Assembly: GCA_038523235.1 (NCBI GenBank)
Contig: JBCBJQ010000076.1
Coordinates: forward strand, 1 to 27,762
Source of the DNA: Cyanobacteria bacterium J06626_4
Lineage (GTDB): Bacteria > Cyanobacteriota > Cyanobacteriia > Phormidesmidales > Phormidesmidaceae
Length of the DNA: 27,762 bases
Direction: 5' to 3'
Under the pieces are notes generated by a model. That model searched no databases, was not told the origin of the DNA, and saw nothing but the letters and a program-made list of their open reading frames with translations. How positions within the stretch are numbered: the stretch's first letter is position 1; every line of letters starts with the position of its first letter. The translations under genes were made by a program, and so were the position numbers. Positions 1 through 8,808 of this stretch are shown one piece after another.

Positions 1-299
1 TGCTATCGACTGCCTAAAACCCCGACAGAAAGCTCGCTTAGACAGGTTAATTCGCACCAGAATAGACTCAATGCCATTAGAGCATTCAGTGCCAGTCAAG
101 GATTGCTTGATGCTATTGATTGCATTTTCGTCTATTGCATGAAATTTTCTTCTCTCAAATACCTTCACCAAGAGAGCCTTAGTCAGCAAGCTTTTTTCGA
201 TCTTTAAAATTTACTTTCATGAATTTCAAATTAGAATCTAAAAGCCCTAGTCTGTTGATCGAGACTGGCTTTCAGCTGACAGTTAAATGTTTTTGGCCA

Positions 300-605
300 T
301 TATGTTTGATCAGACTTACAGGGATGCACTTGAAACTCGACAACCCATCCCAAGCGGTTAAATAGCTGAATTAATTTATCGATCGTAAACCGATTGAAGT
401 GGCAATTAAATAGGTGAGAGACCTCAGGCTGCTGAATCGCCAGCAAGGTTGAGAGCTCTCTTTGCTTTAGCCTAGTTTTAATGAGGACTTTCCGTAATTC
501 ATGCCCTAATTCTGTCCGCAGATCTAAGTCCATCTGGTCACAGCATTCTGGCGTTAGATTAGGCACGTTGCCCAAGATAGAACCACTCTGCTCATTTTTC
601 ATCAT
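300..605 (-). CDS. XRE-family helix-turn-helix protein (HigA-like/HTH_37 type)
   Basis: Motif LKQRELSTLLAIQQPEVSHLF...RFTIDKLIQLFNRLG is typical of XRE/HigA-like HTH proteins. ATG at 605 (MMKNEQ) is preferred over the TTG at 629. Confidence 0.75.
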   Translation of the reverse strand: MMKNEQSGSILGNVPNLTPECCDQMDLDLRTELGHELRKVLIKTRLKQRELSTLLAIQQPEVSHLFNCHFNRFTIDKLIQLFNRLGWVVEFQVHPCKSDQT

Positions 606-733
606 GCTTTTTGTCCAGTGTTTGAACAACCCAATGCTTAACGCATAATTGCAGTCAGCCTCAAAGCGACCCTTGTTGAGAAAGGATCGACTCGTCAGAC
701 TAAAGCCTCTCTTTTCTTTGATTTACTTCTATT

Positions 734-748
734 TAAGAATAATTCTAA
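734..748. promoter_or_regulatory. Putative Fur-box-like 7-1-7 palindrome upstream of the XRE gene
   Basis: TAAGAAT-A-ATTCTAA resembles TGA(T/G)AAT-N-ATT(A/C)TCA. It could alternatively be the XRE protein's own operator. Confidence 0.3.
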
Positions 749-846
749 TCCAGGGTTGAGGCAATGAGTATATTGGCTCATTCGTTACCAGTAAGGTCAG
801 ATTGTGTCGGCAATTTGCCCCGAGTGATCGGGCGGCAATCGCCCAA

Positions 847-2235
847 TTATTGGGGATACGTCATGGCGTCGGGGCGGACGTAGTGGTCAAACTCATCGCC
901 CGAGAGAAAGCCGAGTTCTAGGCAGGCGGTTCTTAGGGTTGTATTTTCGGCATAGGCTTTTTTCGCGACCTGAGCGGCTTTGTCGTAGCCGATCGCGGGA
1001 TTCAGCGCCGTCACCAGCATCAACGAGTTTTGGAGAAAGTGCTGCATTTGTTCCCGATTGGGAGCGAGCCCAACGACCAAATGGTCGGTAAAGGTGCGGC
1101 AGGCATCGGTCAGTAAGCGCACCGAATGCAGCAAATTGTGAATCATCACCGGCTTGAACACGTTGAGTTCAAAGTTGCCCTGACTCCCCGCAAAGGCGAT
1201 CGCGGCATCGTTGCCCATCACCTGCACGCACACCATCGTCATAGCTTCGCATTGAGTGGGGTTCACCTTGCCCGGCATGATTGAAGAGCCCGGCTCGTTC
1301 GCGGGGAGCTGCAGTTCACCCAAGCCACAACGCGGCCCCGAGCCCAGCCAGCGCAGATCATTGGCAATTTTCATGAGCGCGGCGGCGAGGGTTTTGAGCG
1401 CACCGCTGGCAGCGACAATGCCGTCGTGGGCGGCGAGTACCGCAAACTTATTGGGGGCTGAGATAAAGGGCAGCTGTGTGTAGTGGGCAATCTCAGCGGC
1501 GGCCTTGGCGGCAAAGTCAGGGTGGGTATTGAGCCCGGTGCCGATCGCCGTCCCCCCCAAGGCTAGCTCGTACAGTTCGGGCAGGCTGGCGGCAATCCGG
1601 TGGAGGGCCTGATCAAGCTGGGCCACATAGCCCGAAAACTCTTGACCGAGGGTGAGGGGCACGGCATCCATCAGGTGGGTGCGACCAATTTTGATGATGC
1701 TGTCAAAGGCTTGTGCTTTGGTTGCCAGCGCCTCACGCAGACGGCGCACAGAAGGCTGCAGTTGGTGCACGATTTGCTCTACCGCCGCAATGTGCATCGC
1801 GGTCGGAAAGGTGTCATTAGAAGATTGCCCCAGGTTGACCTGGTCGTTGGGATGAATCGGCGTTTTGCTGCCCAAGACGCCACCGCTGAGTTCGATCGCG
1901 CGATTGGCAATTACCTCGTTGATGTTCATGTTGGTTTGGGTGCCGCTGCCGGTCTGCCACACCCGTAGGGGAAAGTGATCGTCGAGCTGTCCGGCAATCA
2001 CCTCCTCGGCGGCTTGCACAATCAGACCGGCTTTATCCACAGTCAACTGGCCGAGGGCGCAGTTAGTGACCGCAGCCGTCCGTTTGAGAATGCCAAAGGC
2101 GCGAATCAGTTCGCGAGGCATGACATCGTCACCAATATCGAAATGGTGGAGCGATCGCTGCGTCTGCGCGCCCCAATAGCGATCTCTGGGGACTTCGACC
2201 TGTCCCATGCTGTCCGTTTCAATTCGGCTCGTCAT
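847..2235 (-). CDS. fumC: Class II fumarate hydratase
   Basis: [37 protein letters not shown] and the signature [15 protein letters not shown]; 462 aa. Confidence 0.97.
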   Translation of the reverse strand: MTSRIETDSMGQVEVPRDRYWGAQTQRSLHHFDIGDDVMPRELIRAFGILKRTAAVTNCALGQLTVDKAGLIVQAAEEVIAGQLDDHFPLRVWQTGSGTQTNMNINEVIANRAIELSGGVLGSKTPIHPNDQVNLGQSSNDTFPTAMHIAAVEQIVHQLQPSVRRLREALATKAQAFDSIIKIGRTHLMDAVPLTLGQEFSGYVAQLDQALHRIAASLPELYELALGGTAIGTGLNTHPDFAAKAAAEIAHYTQLPFISAPNKFAVLAAHDGIVAASGALKTLAAALMKIANDLRWLGSGPRCGLGELQLPANEPGSSIMPGKVNPTQCEAMTMVCVQVMGNDAAIAFAGSQGNFELNVFKPVMIHNLLHSVRLLTDACRTFTDHLVVGLAPNREQMQHFLQNSLMLVTALNPAIGYDKAAQVAKKAYAENTTLRTACLELGFLSGDEFDHYVRPDAMTYPQ

Positions 2236-2277
2236 GATTTTTCCCGCCGCTTCTGCACATCCAAAACGCTAACAGTA

Positions 2278-2451
2278 ACCTGAGTTCGGGATAAGACTGA
2301 CAAGGGATCTGCGGGTAGTTGGAGGGCCAAATCCCCTCCTGGGAGGGGTGTCCGCAGGACAGGGTGGGTTTCTCCGACGGCTTGAACCCACCCCATCAGC
2401 CCCTCCCAAGGAGGGGAAAGTAACCGGTTTTGCCTTAACCCGAACTGACGT
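2278..2451. mobile_element. MITE-like non-autonomous element (174 bp) with TIRs and 8-bp target-site duplication
   Basis: Left end ACCTGAGTTCGGGATAAG matches the reverse complement of the right end, ACGTCAGTTCGGGTTAAG (15/18). Direct repeat TAACAGTA at 2270-2277 and 2452-2459. Internal hairpins: CCCCTCC/GGAGGGG twice and GGGTGGGTT/AACCCACCC. Confidence 0.85.
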
Positions 2452-2535
2452 TAACAGTAAAGGGGCTAAGAGGCTGAACTACTGACAGAATTCGTGAAGA
2501 TTGCCAAGAAAGCGTTAATCGTATGAAACTTTTTC

Positions 2536-2554
2536 AATACATATGAACTATAAT
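2536..2554 (+). promoter_or_regulatory. Putative lexA -10 box with adjacent degenerate LexA-box-like site
   Basis: Perfect TATAAT at 2549-2554. AATAC-ATAT-GAACT (2536-2549) has two mismatches to the cyanobacterial RGTACNNNDGTWCB consensus. Confidence 0.4.
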
Positions 2555-2598
2555 GATGTTTGGTGCATCGTGCTTCCGCTCTTTACAGAGATCTCATT

Positions 2599-3237
2599 AT
2601 GTCTTCTCTGACCCGTCGCAACATAGAGATTCTGGAATGGATTCAAGAGTTTTGTGAGCGTAATCAGTTTTTCCCCACCTACAGAGAAATCCAACGGGGG
2701 TTCAGTTACAAATCTGTCTCATCGGTGCAGAACCAAGTACGAACGTTAAAAAAGCTCGGCTTTATTGTGAATGACTCCAACAAAGCGAGAACGCTCAGGT
2801 TAGCAGCGTTCGAGCGCTCACCAGAACCAGAACCCCAAGGTATTCCCATCCGAGGGGTGATTGCCGCTGGCGGATTCGTCGAAACTTTTACTGATGTCAA
2901 AGCTGAGTACATTCCTCGTGAATCGTTCTGTCAAGCTTCTCGTGGTTGCGAGCGATTTGCCTTGCGAGTTAAAGGTGACAGCATGATCGGTGCCAACATC
3001 CTCCACGACGATGTGGTCATTTTAGACAAGAGAACTGACCTCAATTACATCAAAGATCGAACGATTGTGGCGGCTCGTCTTAAAGACGAAAATCAAACTA
3101 CGCTAAAGCGATGGCATGAAAACAACAGTCGGGTTTCCTTGATACCAGAGAACCCCAATTACCCTACTATCCAAGTCAAGCGAGACGATGTTCTGATTGA
3201 AGGAATTTACGCTGGGCTCGTTCGAGGCATCATCTAG
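2599..3237 (+). CDS. lexA: LexA-family SOS repressor (peptidase S24)
   Basis: N-terminal winged HTH (LTRRNIEILEWI...PTYREI), Ala-Gly cleavage site (IAAGG), catalytic Ser (GDSM) and Lys (TLKR). ATG at 2599. Confidence 0.9.
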   Translation: MSSLTRRNIEILEWIQEFCERNQFFPTYREIQRGFSYKSVSSVQNQVRTLKKLGFIVNDSNKARTLRLAAFERSPEPEPQGIPIRGVIAAGGFVETFTDVKAEYIPRESFCQASRGCERFALRVKGDSMIGANILHDDVVILDKRTDLNYIKDRTIVAARLKDENQTTLKRWHENNSRVSLIPENPNYPTIQVKRDDVLIEGIYAGLVRGII

Positions 3238-3408
3238 GCTGGATAACTTGACCGAGAGGCAAACAAGTCGCTGGCCATTCTTATCGGCAGGGGCGTCGTC
3301 GCCGGGTGAAATGCTCAGCAAGGCTCAGATCACTGCAGGTTCCGCCAAGCTCCGAACTCCGAATGCTCAAAGAATTGCAATGATCGCGACAGATTGCTGC
3401 AGTCAAGC

Positions 3409-4884
3409 CTACGGAGCCTCACCCTGCAAAAACTGCTCAGCCAGTTGCTTTTTCGCCAGGTAACCCAAGGTTTGCATCGCCCGCTCAATCGGGTCTGACC
3501 AGGGTTTAGACGTATTCAGCCGCAAGCAATTGCCGTAGCATTTGCCCGAAGCAGAGAACATGACACCCGGCGCAATGCCAATTTGCTGGGCATGGGCTTC
3601 TTGATAAAGTCGCAGCGCGTCAAAGCCCTGGGGCATCTCTAACCAGAGGATGTGGCCGCCAGTGGGGCGAGTCACCCGCGTTTCTGCCGGGAAATAGTCG
3701 CTAATGGCCTGGTGCATGCGCCCCATCTGGGTTTGATAGGCCCGTCGCAGCTGCCGCAGATGGCGATCAAAACCGCCATTAGTGAGAAAGGCCGCAGTCG
3801 TAAGTTGCGGCGCGATCGCGTTATTCATGTTGATGATGGATTTCAGCTTGGAGACCTGAGGAAAATAGCGCCCCGGAATACACCAACCGGTCTGCAGCCC
3901 CGGCGACAGTGTTTTACTGACCGACGCACAATAGATCACCCGACCTTCTGTATCAAATGCTTTGATAGCCTTAGGGCGGTTGCCTTCAAAATTGAGCTCG
4001 CCGTAGACATCGTCTTCAATCAGCGGCACATCGTATTGGTTGATAAGGGCTGCCAGGCGCTTTTTATGCGCATCATCCATACAGCTGCCCAACGGATTGC
4101 TGAAGTTTGAGACCAGCAAAACCGCCTTCAGGTCGCCGGTTTTGAGGGCCTCTTCGAGATGCGAGAGGCTCATGCCCGTGCGGGGATGGGTGGGCAAGGT
4201 GAGTACCTTGAGGCCGAGGATTTTCATCGCCTCCAGAATGGCAAAATAGGTGGGCGACTCGACGGCTACGGTATCGCCGGGTTGGGTGATCGCCTGCAGC
4301 GCACAGTACATCGCTTCGTTGGTACCATTAGTCACAATGAGCTGATCGGGGGCGATCGAGCAGCCACAGTTCAACATACGGCGGGCGAGTTCGGTACGCA
4401 GTTCAATGCACCCCAGGGGAGGGCCGTAGGCATGGGCCATTTCGGGGTCGTCGCGCATGATTTTGCCCATTAGCCGATTGATCTGCGCCAGCGGCAACAA
4501 CTCCATCGCCGGAAAAGCCGCCCCTAGTTCCACCCGGTTTTGATCGCGAGCGGTGCTGTTGATGTGAAAGCCGAGGGTGATATCAACGTCGTGGGCCTGT
4601 CGCGGTGGGGCGGTGGGGGCGGGTTCTTGCAAGAGGCTCAATGCCGCCTGCTTAACGTAGTAGCCAGATTGTGGCCGCGCCGTAATCAAGCCCCGGTCTT
4701 CGAGCAGCCGATAGGCCTCTAACACAGTCGAGGTACTGACTGACAGCTGTTCTCGCAGTCGGCGCACCGAGGGTAGGCGATCGCCTGACTTCAAAGTGCC
4801 CTCGGTAATCAGCGCCTGTAGCCGTTCGGCTACCTGCTCGTACAAAACCTGGTTCTTCTCAAGGGCAATAGGAGAAATATTCAT
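3409..4884 (-). CDS. MocR/GabR-type GntR regulator with PLP-dependent aminotransferase domain
   Basis: N-terminal LYEQVAERL...GDRLPSVR...PQSGYYV; C-terminal FSNPLG, IEDDVYGEL and SVSKTLSPG (PLP lysine). Confidence 0.93.
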   Translation of the reverse strand: MNISPIALEKNQVLYEQVAERLQALITEGTLKSGDRLPSVRRLREQLSVSTSTVLEAYRLLEDRGLITARPQSGYYVKQAALSLLQEPAPTAPPRQAHDVDITLGFHINSTARDQNRVELGAAFPAMELLPLAQINRLMGKIMRDDPEMAHAYGPPLGCIELRTELARRMLNCGCSIAPDQLIVTNGTNEAMYCALQAITQPGDTVAVESPTYFAILEAMKILGLKVLTLPTHPRTGMSLSHLEEALKTGDLKAVLLVSNFSNPLGSCMDDAHKKRLAALINQYDVPLIEDDVYGELNFEGNRPKAIKAFDTEGRVIYCASVSKTLSPGLQTGWCIPGRYFPQVSKLKSIINMNNAIAPQLTTAAFLTNGGFDRHLRQLRRAYQTQMGRMHQAISDYFPAETRVTRPTGGHILWLEMPQGFDALRLYQEAHAQQIGIAPGVMFSASGKCYGNCLRLNTSKPWSDPIERAMQTLGYLAKKQLAEQFLQGEAP

Positions 4885-4897
4885 AGCCTCGCCTTAG

Positions 4898-4944
4898 ACC
4901 GCCAGAAGAATACAAAACCGTCTGGGCTAGCCGAGTCTGGCGGT
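4898..4944. promoter_or_regulatory. Putative MocR autoregulatory operator (two direct copies plus one inverted copy)
   Basis: ACCGCCAGA (4898-4906), ACCGTCTGG (4917-4925) and inverted TCTGGCGGT (4936-4944) lie just upstream of the start codon. Confidence 0.4.
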
Positions 4945-5558
4945 GAGCAACAAGTTGCATGTCAACGTCGCTGTGCACTGTGACGGTGTGGTTGCAGGCA
5001 AAAGTTTTGGTCGATCGACGAGCCTGCGCTGCAGCGCCCCCATCAAGACCGACGGTGAAAACTCAACATCGTATCCGCAACTGCCTCTGAGTATACCGGG
5101 TTCAACACCGCAGGCGTTTAGCGACGGCAGTGGCCACTCATTAAGTCGAAAGACATCATAATCGGAGGGGGCGTCATCGTCTGACGTAACGCCCCAAAAC
5201 TCTTGCAGGCAATGCATTGGGCGTCGCGCAAGACACCCGACAACAACGTTTGTTGATTGCCACCAACTGACAAATCCCTCAGCGCTGCCCCCAGCCTCAC
5301 GCCCCAGCCAATACCGAGCGGGTTTGAGCCATCTTGGCCGTTCCTGAATAGTCGGTTGAGGCGTCACAAACAGGTCGGGTGGGGGCAGGCTAGGCAGCCC
5401 ACCCAACAGATTTTCTCTTGTGCTCAGACCGTCTGGAAATCGGGATCAACTTTCCCTAAGATACAGACACCGCGCTTTTTTCGTTTACTCCAGGAAGCCT
5501 GACGGTGAACCTAGTAATCAGCCGACGGAGCGACAGCCCAGACAGCCACGGGATTACC

Positions 5559-5834
5559 CTAGGCACGCTTAGCCACCTGCTGCCAAATGAAGATGGCAAT
5601 CAAAGCACCAATCACCGACAAAACAATGCCTAGGATGTTGAAGCCAGTAGATGCGATCGCCAAGCTGCCAGTGGTAATCAATGTGGCAAGGGTGCCACCG
5701 ATGAACGAACCGACGATACCTAAAATTAAAGCGCTGAGCCAACCCCCACGCTGATGCCCTGGATAAATCGCTTTGGCGATTGCCCCAACGATAATACCGA
5801 CAACAATCCAAACAATGATGCCCAGTAAAGACAT
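5559..5834 (-). CDS. GlsB/YeaQ/YmgE-family (transglycosylase-associated) stress membrane protein
   Basis: IIVWIVVGIIVGAIAKAIYPG...LGIVGSFIGG...SVIGALIAIFIW. GAGG ribosome-binding site upstream of ATG 5834. Confidence 0.9.
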   Translation of the reverse strand: MSLLGIIVWIVVGIIVGAIAKAIYPGHQRGGWLSALILGIVGSFIGGTLATLITTGSLAIASTGFNILGIVLSVIGALIAIFIWQQVAKRA

Positions 5835-6637
5835 GACCTTTTCCTCAGGGTAATTTGATACCTTGAGCATCTAATGATAAGCCTTGAAGATCCTCTATCT
5901 TGGGTCTTAGAACCCTACATCTTTAGGTAGGTTTATACGGGTTTTCTGCCTAAGATGATTAATCACTGTCAGTAGCGATCGCTGCAGTAAATCTCGATCA
6001 AACATCGCATTCTTTTGATGAGCAAAGTAAAGTGATGCTGACGCTTTTCAAAACTTGCTGTCGGCTCTCTTGACGATGATTTTTGCTTTTTGTGACAGAT
6101 TGTCAAGGCTCCGATCTGGGTGATTTTTTCGGCAGAGGGAACGATGGTTTTTCAGAAGGCCGCTGAGAAACTACCATTCCGGCGAACATCGCCAGGCTAG
6201 AGTGATCGATCAGGCAACTCACAGAAGGGGGGAGAAGATTCTGAAAGGTTAGCCATTCTGCTCCGGATTGAGCGGCTGGGCGATCGCGCAAACCAGCTAT
6301 CTATACCCGATCTAATGATGTCTATACGTAAGCACTACAGAATATTTTTTGCCAGGCAGAAACCTGCCAACGGCTTCGAAGTTTTCAGCTCTTTTTTGCC
6401 CTTTTGCTTAAGCTATCTTTGAAACAGATCAAGGGATTGATTGGGTGTTGCTAAATCATGAAACTTGGAGATTGCAGGCATTGGCCGCTTGACTGCAACG
6501 CAACGTTTGTGACAACTCTATTTGTCTAGACAGTTGGGGACAGCCTTGGCAAAAAATCAGCCTTGAGGAAGAGCCAGAAACGCCCCAATTCTCCGACAGT
6601 CATTGTTAATCACTGAAGCCCCTAAGAGAGAAACCCG

Positions 6638-7594
6638 ATGCGCCACACTACCTCCTCAGACACTGTGCGTTCATATCTTAAATCCATTGGCCGCGTTCCT
6701 CTGTTGACGCGAGAAGAGGAGATTGTTTTGGGCAAGCAAGTGAAAGCGATGATGGCCCTGCAGGCTCAGCGCACTGATCGCCAGGCAGAGCTAGAGCGGG
6801 AGCTGACTTGGGAGGAGTTCGCCCAGCAGACTGAGACCGCTTTAGAGACAGTGACGCCAGTCATTCGGGCGGGCGAACAGGCCAAACACAAGATGATTCA
6901 GGCAAATTTGCGGCTGGTCGTTTCGGTGGCCAAAAAATATACCGGACGCGACTTAGACCTCTTAGACCTGATTCAAGAGGGCTCGATTGGGTTGAGTCGG
7001 GGGGTCGAAAAGTTTGATCCGGCTAAAGGCTATCGCTTTAGCACCTATGCCTACTGGTGGATTCGCCAAGCCATGACGCGGGCGATCGCGGAAAAAAGTC
7101 GGGTTGTGCGGCTGCCGATTCACGTAACAGAAACGCTCAACAAAATCAAAAAGGCGCAGCGTGAGCTGACTCAAAAGATGGGTCATGCGCCCTCAATCGA
7201 TCAGATTGCCAAGCACTTAGAACTCACGACGACCCAGGTGCGTGATTATTTGCAGCACGCTCGTAAACCGCTGTCGCTAGAGGTGCGAGTGGGAGACAAC
7301 AATGACACTGAACTGGCTGACCTCCTGCAGGTTGAGGGCGATACCCCAGAGCAAACGGTGACCCGCAATCTGTTACGCGCCGATTTAGAAAGATTGCTCA
7401 CCTATCTGACGCCGCAGCAGCGAGAAGTGCTGAGTCTCCGGTTTGGCCTAGAAGATGGCCACGCGTTGTCTTTGGCCATGGTTGGACAGCAACTCAATAT
7501 CAGCCGTGAACGCGTTCGGCAGATTCAACACCAGGCAGTTTGTAAGCTGCGATCGCACTGCAGCCAATTGCGGGAATATCTGGCGGCAGTTTAG
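6638..7594 (+). CDS. Group-2 RpoD-family RNA polymerase sigma factor (SigB/C/D-like)
   Basis: Region 1.2 DTVRSYLKSIGRVPLLT, region 2 ANLRLVVSVAKKY...KGYRFSTYAYWWIRQ, region 4 SRERVRQI; no region 1.1. Confidence 0.93.
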   Translation: MRHTTSSDTVRSYLKSIGRVPLLTREEEIVLGKQVKAMMALQAQRTDRQAELERELTWEEFAQQTETALETVTPVIRAGEQAKHKMIQANLRLVVSVAKKYTGRDLDLLDLIQEGSIGLSRGVEKFDPAKGYRFSTYAYWWIRQAMTRAIAEKSRVVRLPIHVTETLNKIKKAQRELTQKMGHAPSIDQIAKHLELTTTQVRDYLQHARKPLSLEVRVGDNNDTELADLLQVEGDTPEQTVTRNLLRADLERLLTYLTPQQREVLSLRFGLEDGHALSLAMVGQQLNISRERVRQIQHQAVCKLRSHCSQLREYLAAV

Positions 7595-7885
7595 CGGCAT
7601 GACCTCACCCAGCCTTGCCGGCCAAGAGCGGAACGACAAGGCCTACCGGTATGTAGGCAAGCGGTTCTTCTTCAGAGGTGAGCATGAACGATCAGGCGCG
7701 GGCAGGCCAGGTTCGCATAGCAACATTTTTTATTGTCAAACTGCCGCAAGCTGCGATCGGTTGGCCTCGATGCCTCGACGACAGTGCTCGATTGCGGTTT
7801 CCCTAAAATCTGCACCGAGATAGATGCTTATGTCATAAGATCAAGCTATTCTCATTCTCTACATTAAAGATATCGAGGTTCCGAT

Positions 7886-8083
7886 ATGGACGGATTAAAT
7901 CATGCTGTATTGATGCAGGCAGCGGTTGAGGGCGCTCCTTACATGTCGGCCTTCACTATCGTCCTAGTGGTTGGTTTTATTGCAGCGGTCTCTATCGGCT
8001 CGATCGCTTGGTATAACTCAAAGCGCCCTGTCGGCTGGGAAGATAAAGAACGTCCTGATGTGGTGCCCAAAGTCAAAGATTAG
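7886..8083 (+). CDS. psb35: Photosystem II assembly protein Psb35-like small membrane protein
   Basis: Single TM helix followed by GFIAAVSIGSIAWYNSKRPVGWEDKERPD, recognised from memory as the Psb35 motif. GAGG ribosome-binding site. Confidence 0.8.
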   Translation: MDGLNHAVLMQAAVEGAPYMSAFTIVLVVGFIAAVSIGSIAWYNSKRPVGWEDKERPDVVPKVKD

Positions 8084-8808
8084 ACGGGTTCACGCGCTCA
8101 ACCCGTTGAGTTAAGGAAGCGAGTGAGTAAACTCTTCACGCTTCGCGTTACAGCGGATACATCAGCCATTCGCTAGCAAGTAGGGGGCCTAGGATTCCCT
8201 TTGCTTCCCTTGCCCAGCCGGGAAATTCCGACTCCAAGTTGGTTAGAGTCCGACAGCTCCGGAACTACGGCAGCGGGGACTGCTTCTCTTTCGCGGCAAG
8301 TAAGGGTGTCCACCAGCTGCAGAGGGTTGGTGTGAGAACCCAAGTCTCAAGCTGCGTGGCAATAGGCAGCAAAACTAAAGAGACGCTATAGAACAGTCGC
8401 CCCCTGGCTTCGACGTTCTGTCACTCGGTGTTCTGTCAAAAGTAGACGGCGGCAGAGCATCCCCGCAGAAGGGTCGCATCGGCGATAGCGCACCGCCCTG
8501 AAATTGGTCATCCAGAGCAGGCTCGACAGACGCCCGTTATCGTTTCTTAAAGCTGTGAGCAAGAGCCGCAATATTTTATGTATTTTTTCTTACCCGTAGA
8601 CAACGGTTATCGGTTGTCATTGATAGAATTTAATCGTATTAGTTGAATGCCGCACCGATTACGGCTTATTCATCCGCCTACGGCCACTCCACGCCCCAAA
8701 AAGGGCCAAGCACTGTCGATTACTCGGCAATGGTCTGGTGAGTGCTTGATGCGATGGTCATCCGCCCTGACGGCTCATTCATCACATCGCTGATCAAATC
8801 TGCCCTGC

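Noticed and set aside
1..299. Possible minus-strand ORF running off the left edge
   Set aside because: The open frame has no convincing start codon within the window.
1256..2283. Plus-strand ORFs overlapping fumC
   Set aside because: Antisense shadows of a conserved gene. The same applies to the short ORFs inside lexA, mocR, the kinase, the ATPase and the fec genes.
2270..2460. TAAC...GTTA ends as another attC
   Set aside because: No L boxes or 5/6-nt spacers; TIR plus TSD explains it as a MITE.
4927..5502. ORFs of 159, 72, 60 and 81 aa in the mocR upstream spacer
   Set aside because: Mutually overlapping, non-ATG starts, no ribosome-binding site and no protein-like motifs.
8084..8808. Long intergenic region as ncRNA or riboswitch
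   Set aside because: Only short imperfect stems and no recognisable family motif. An Rfam scan would be needed.
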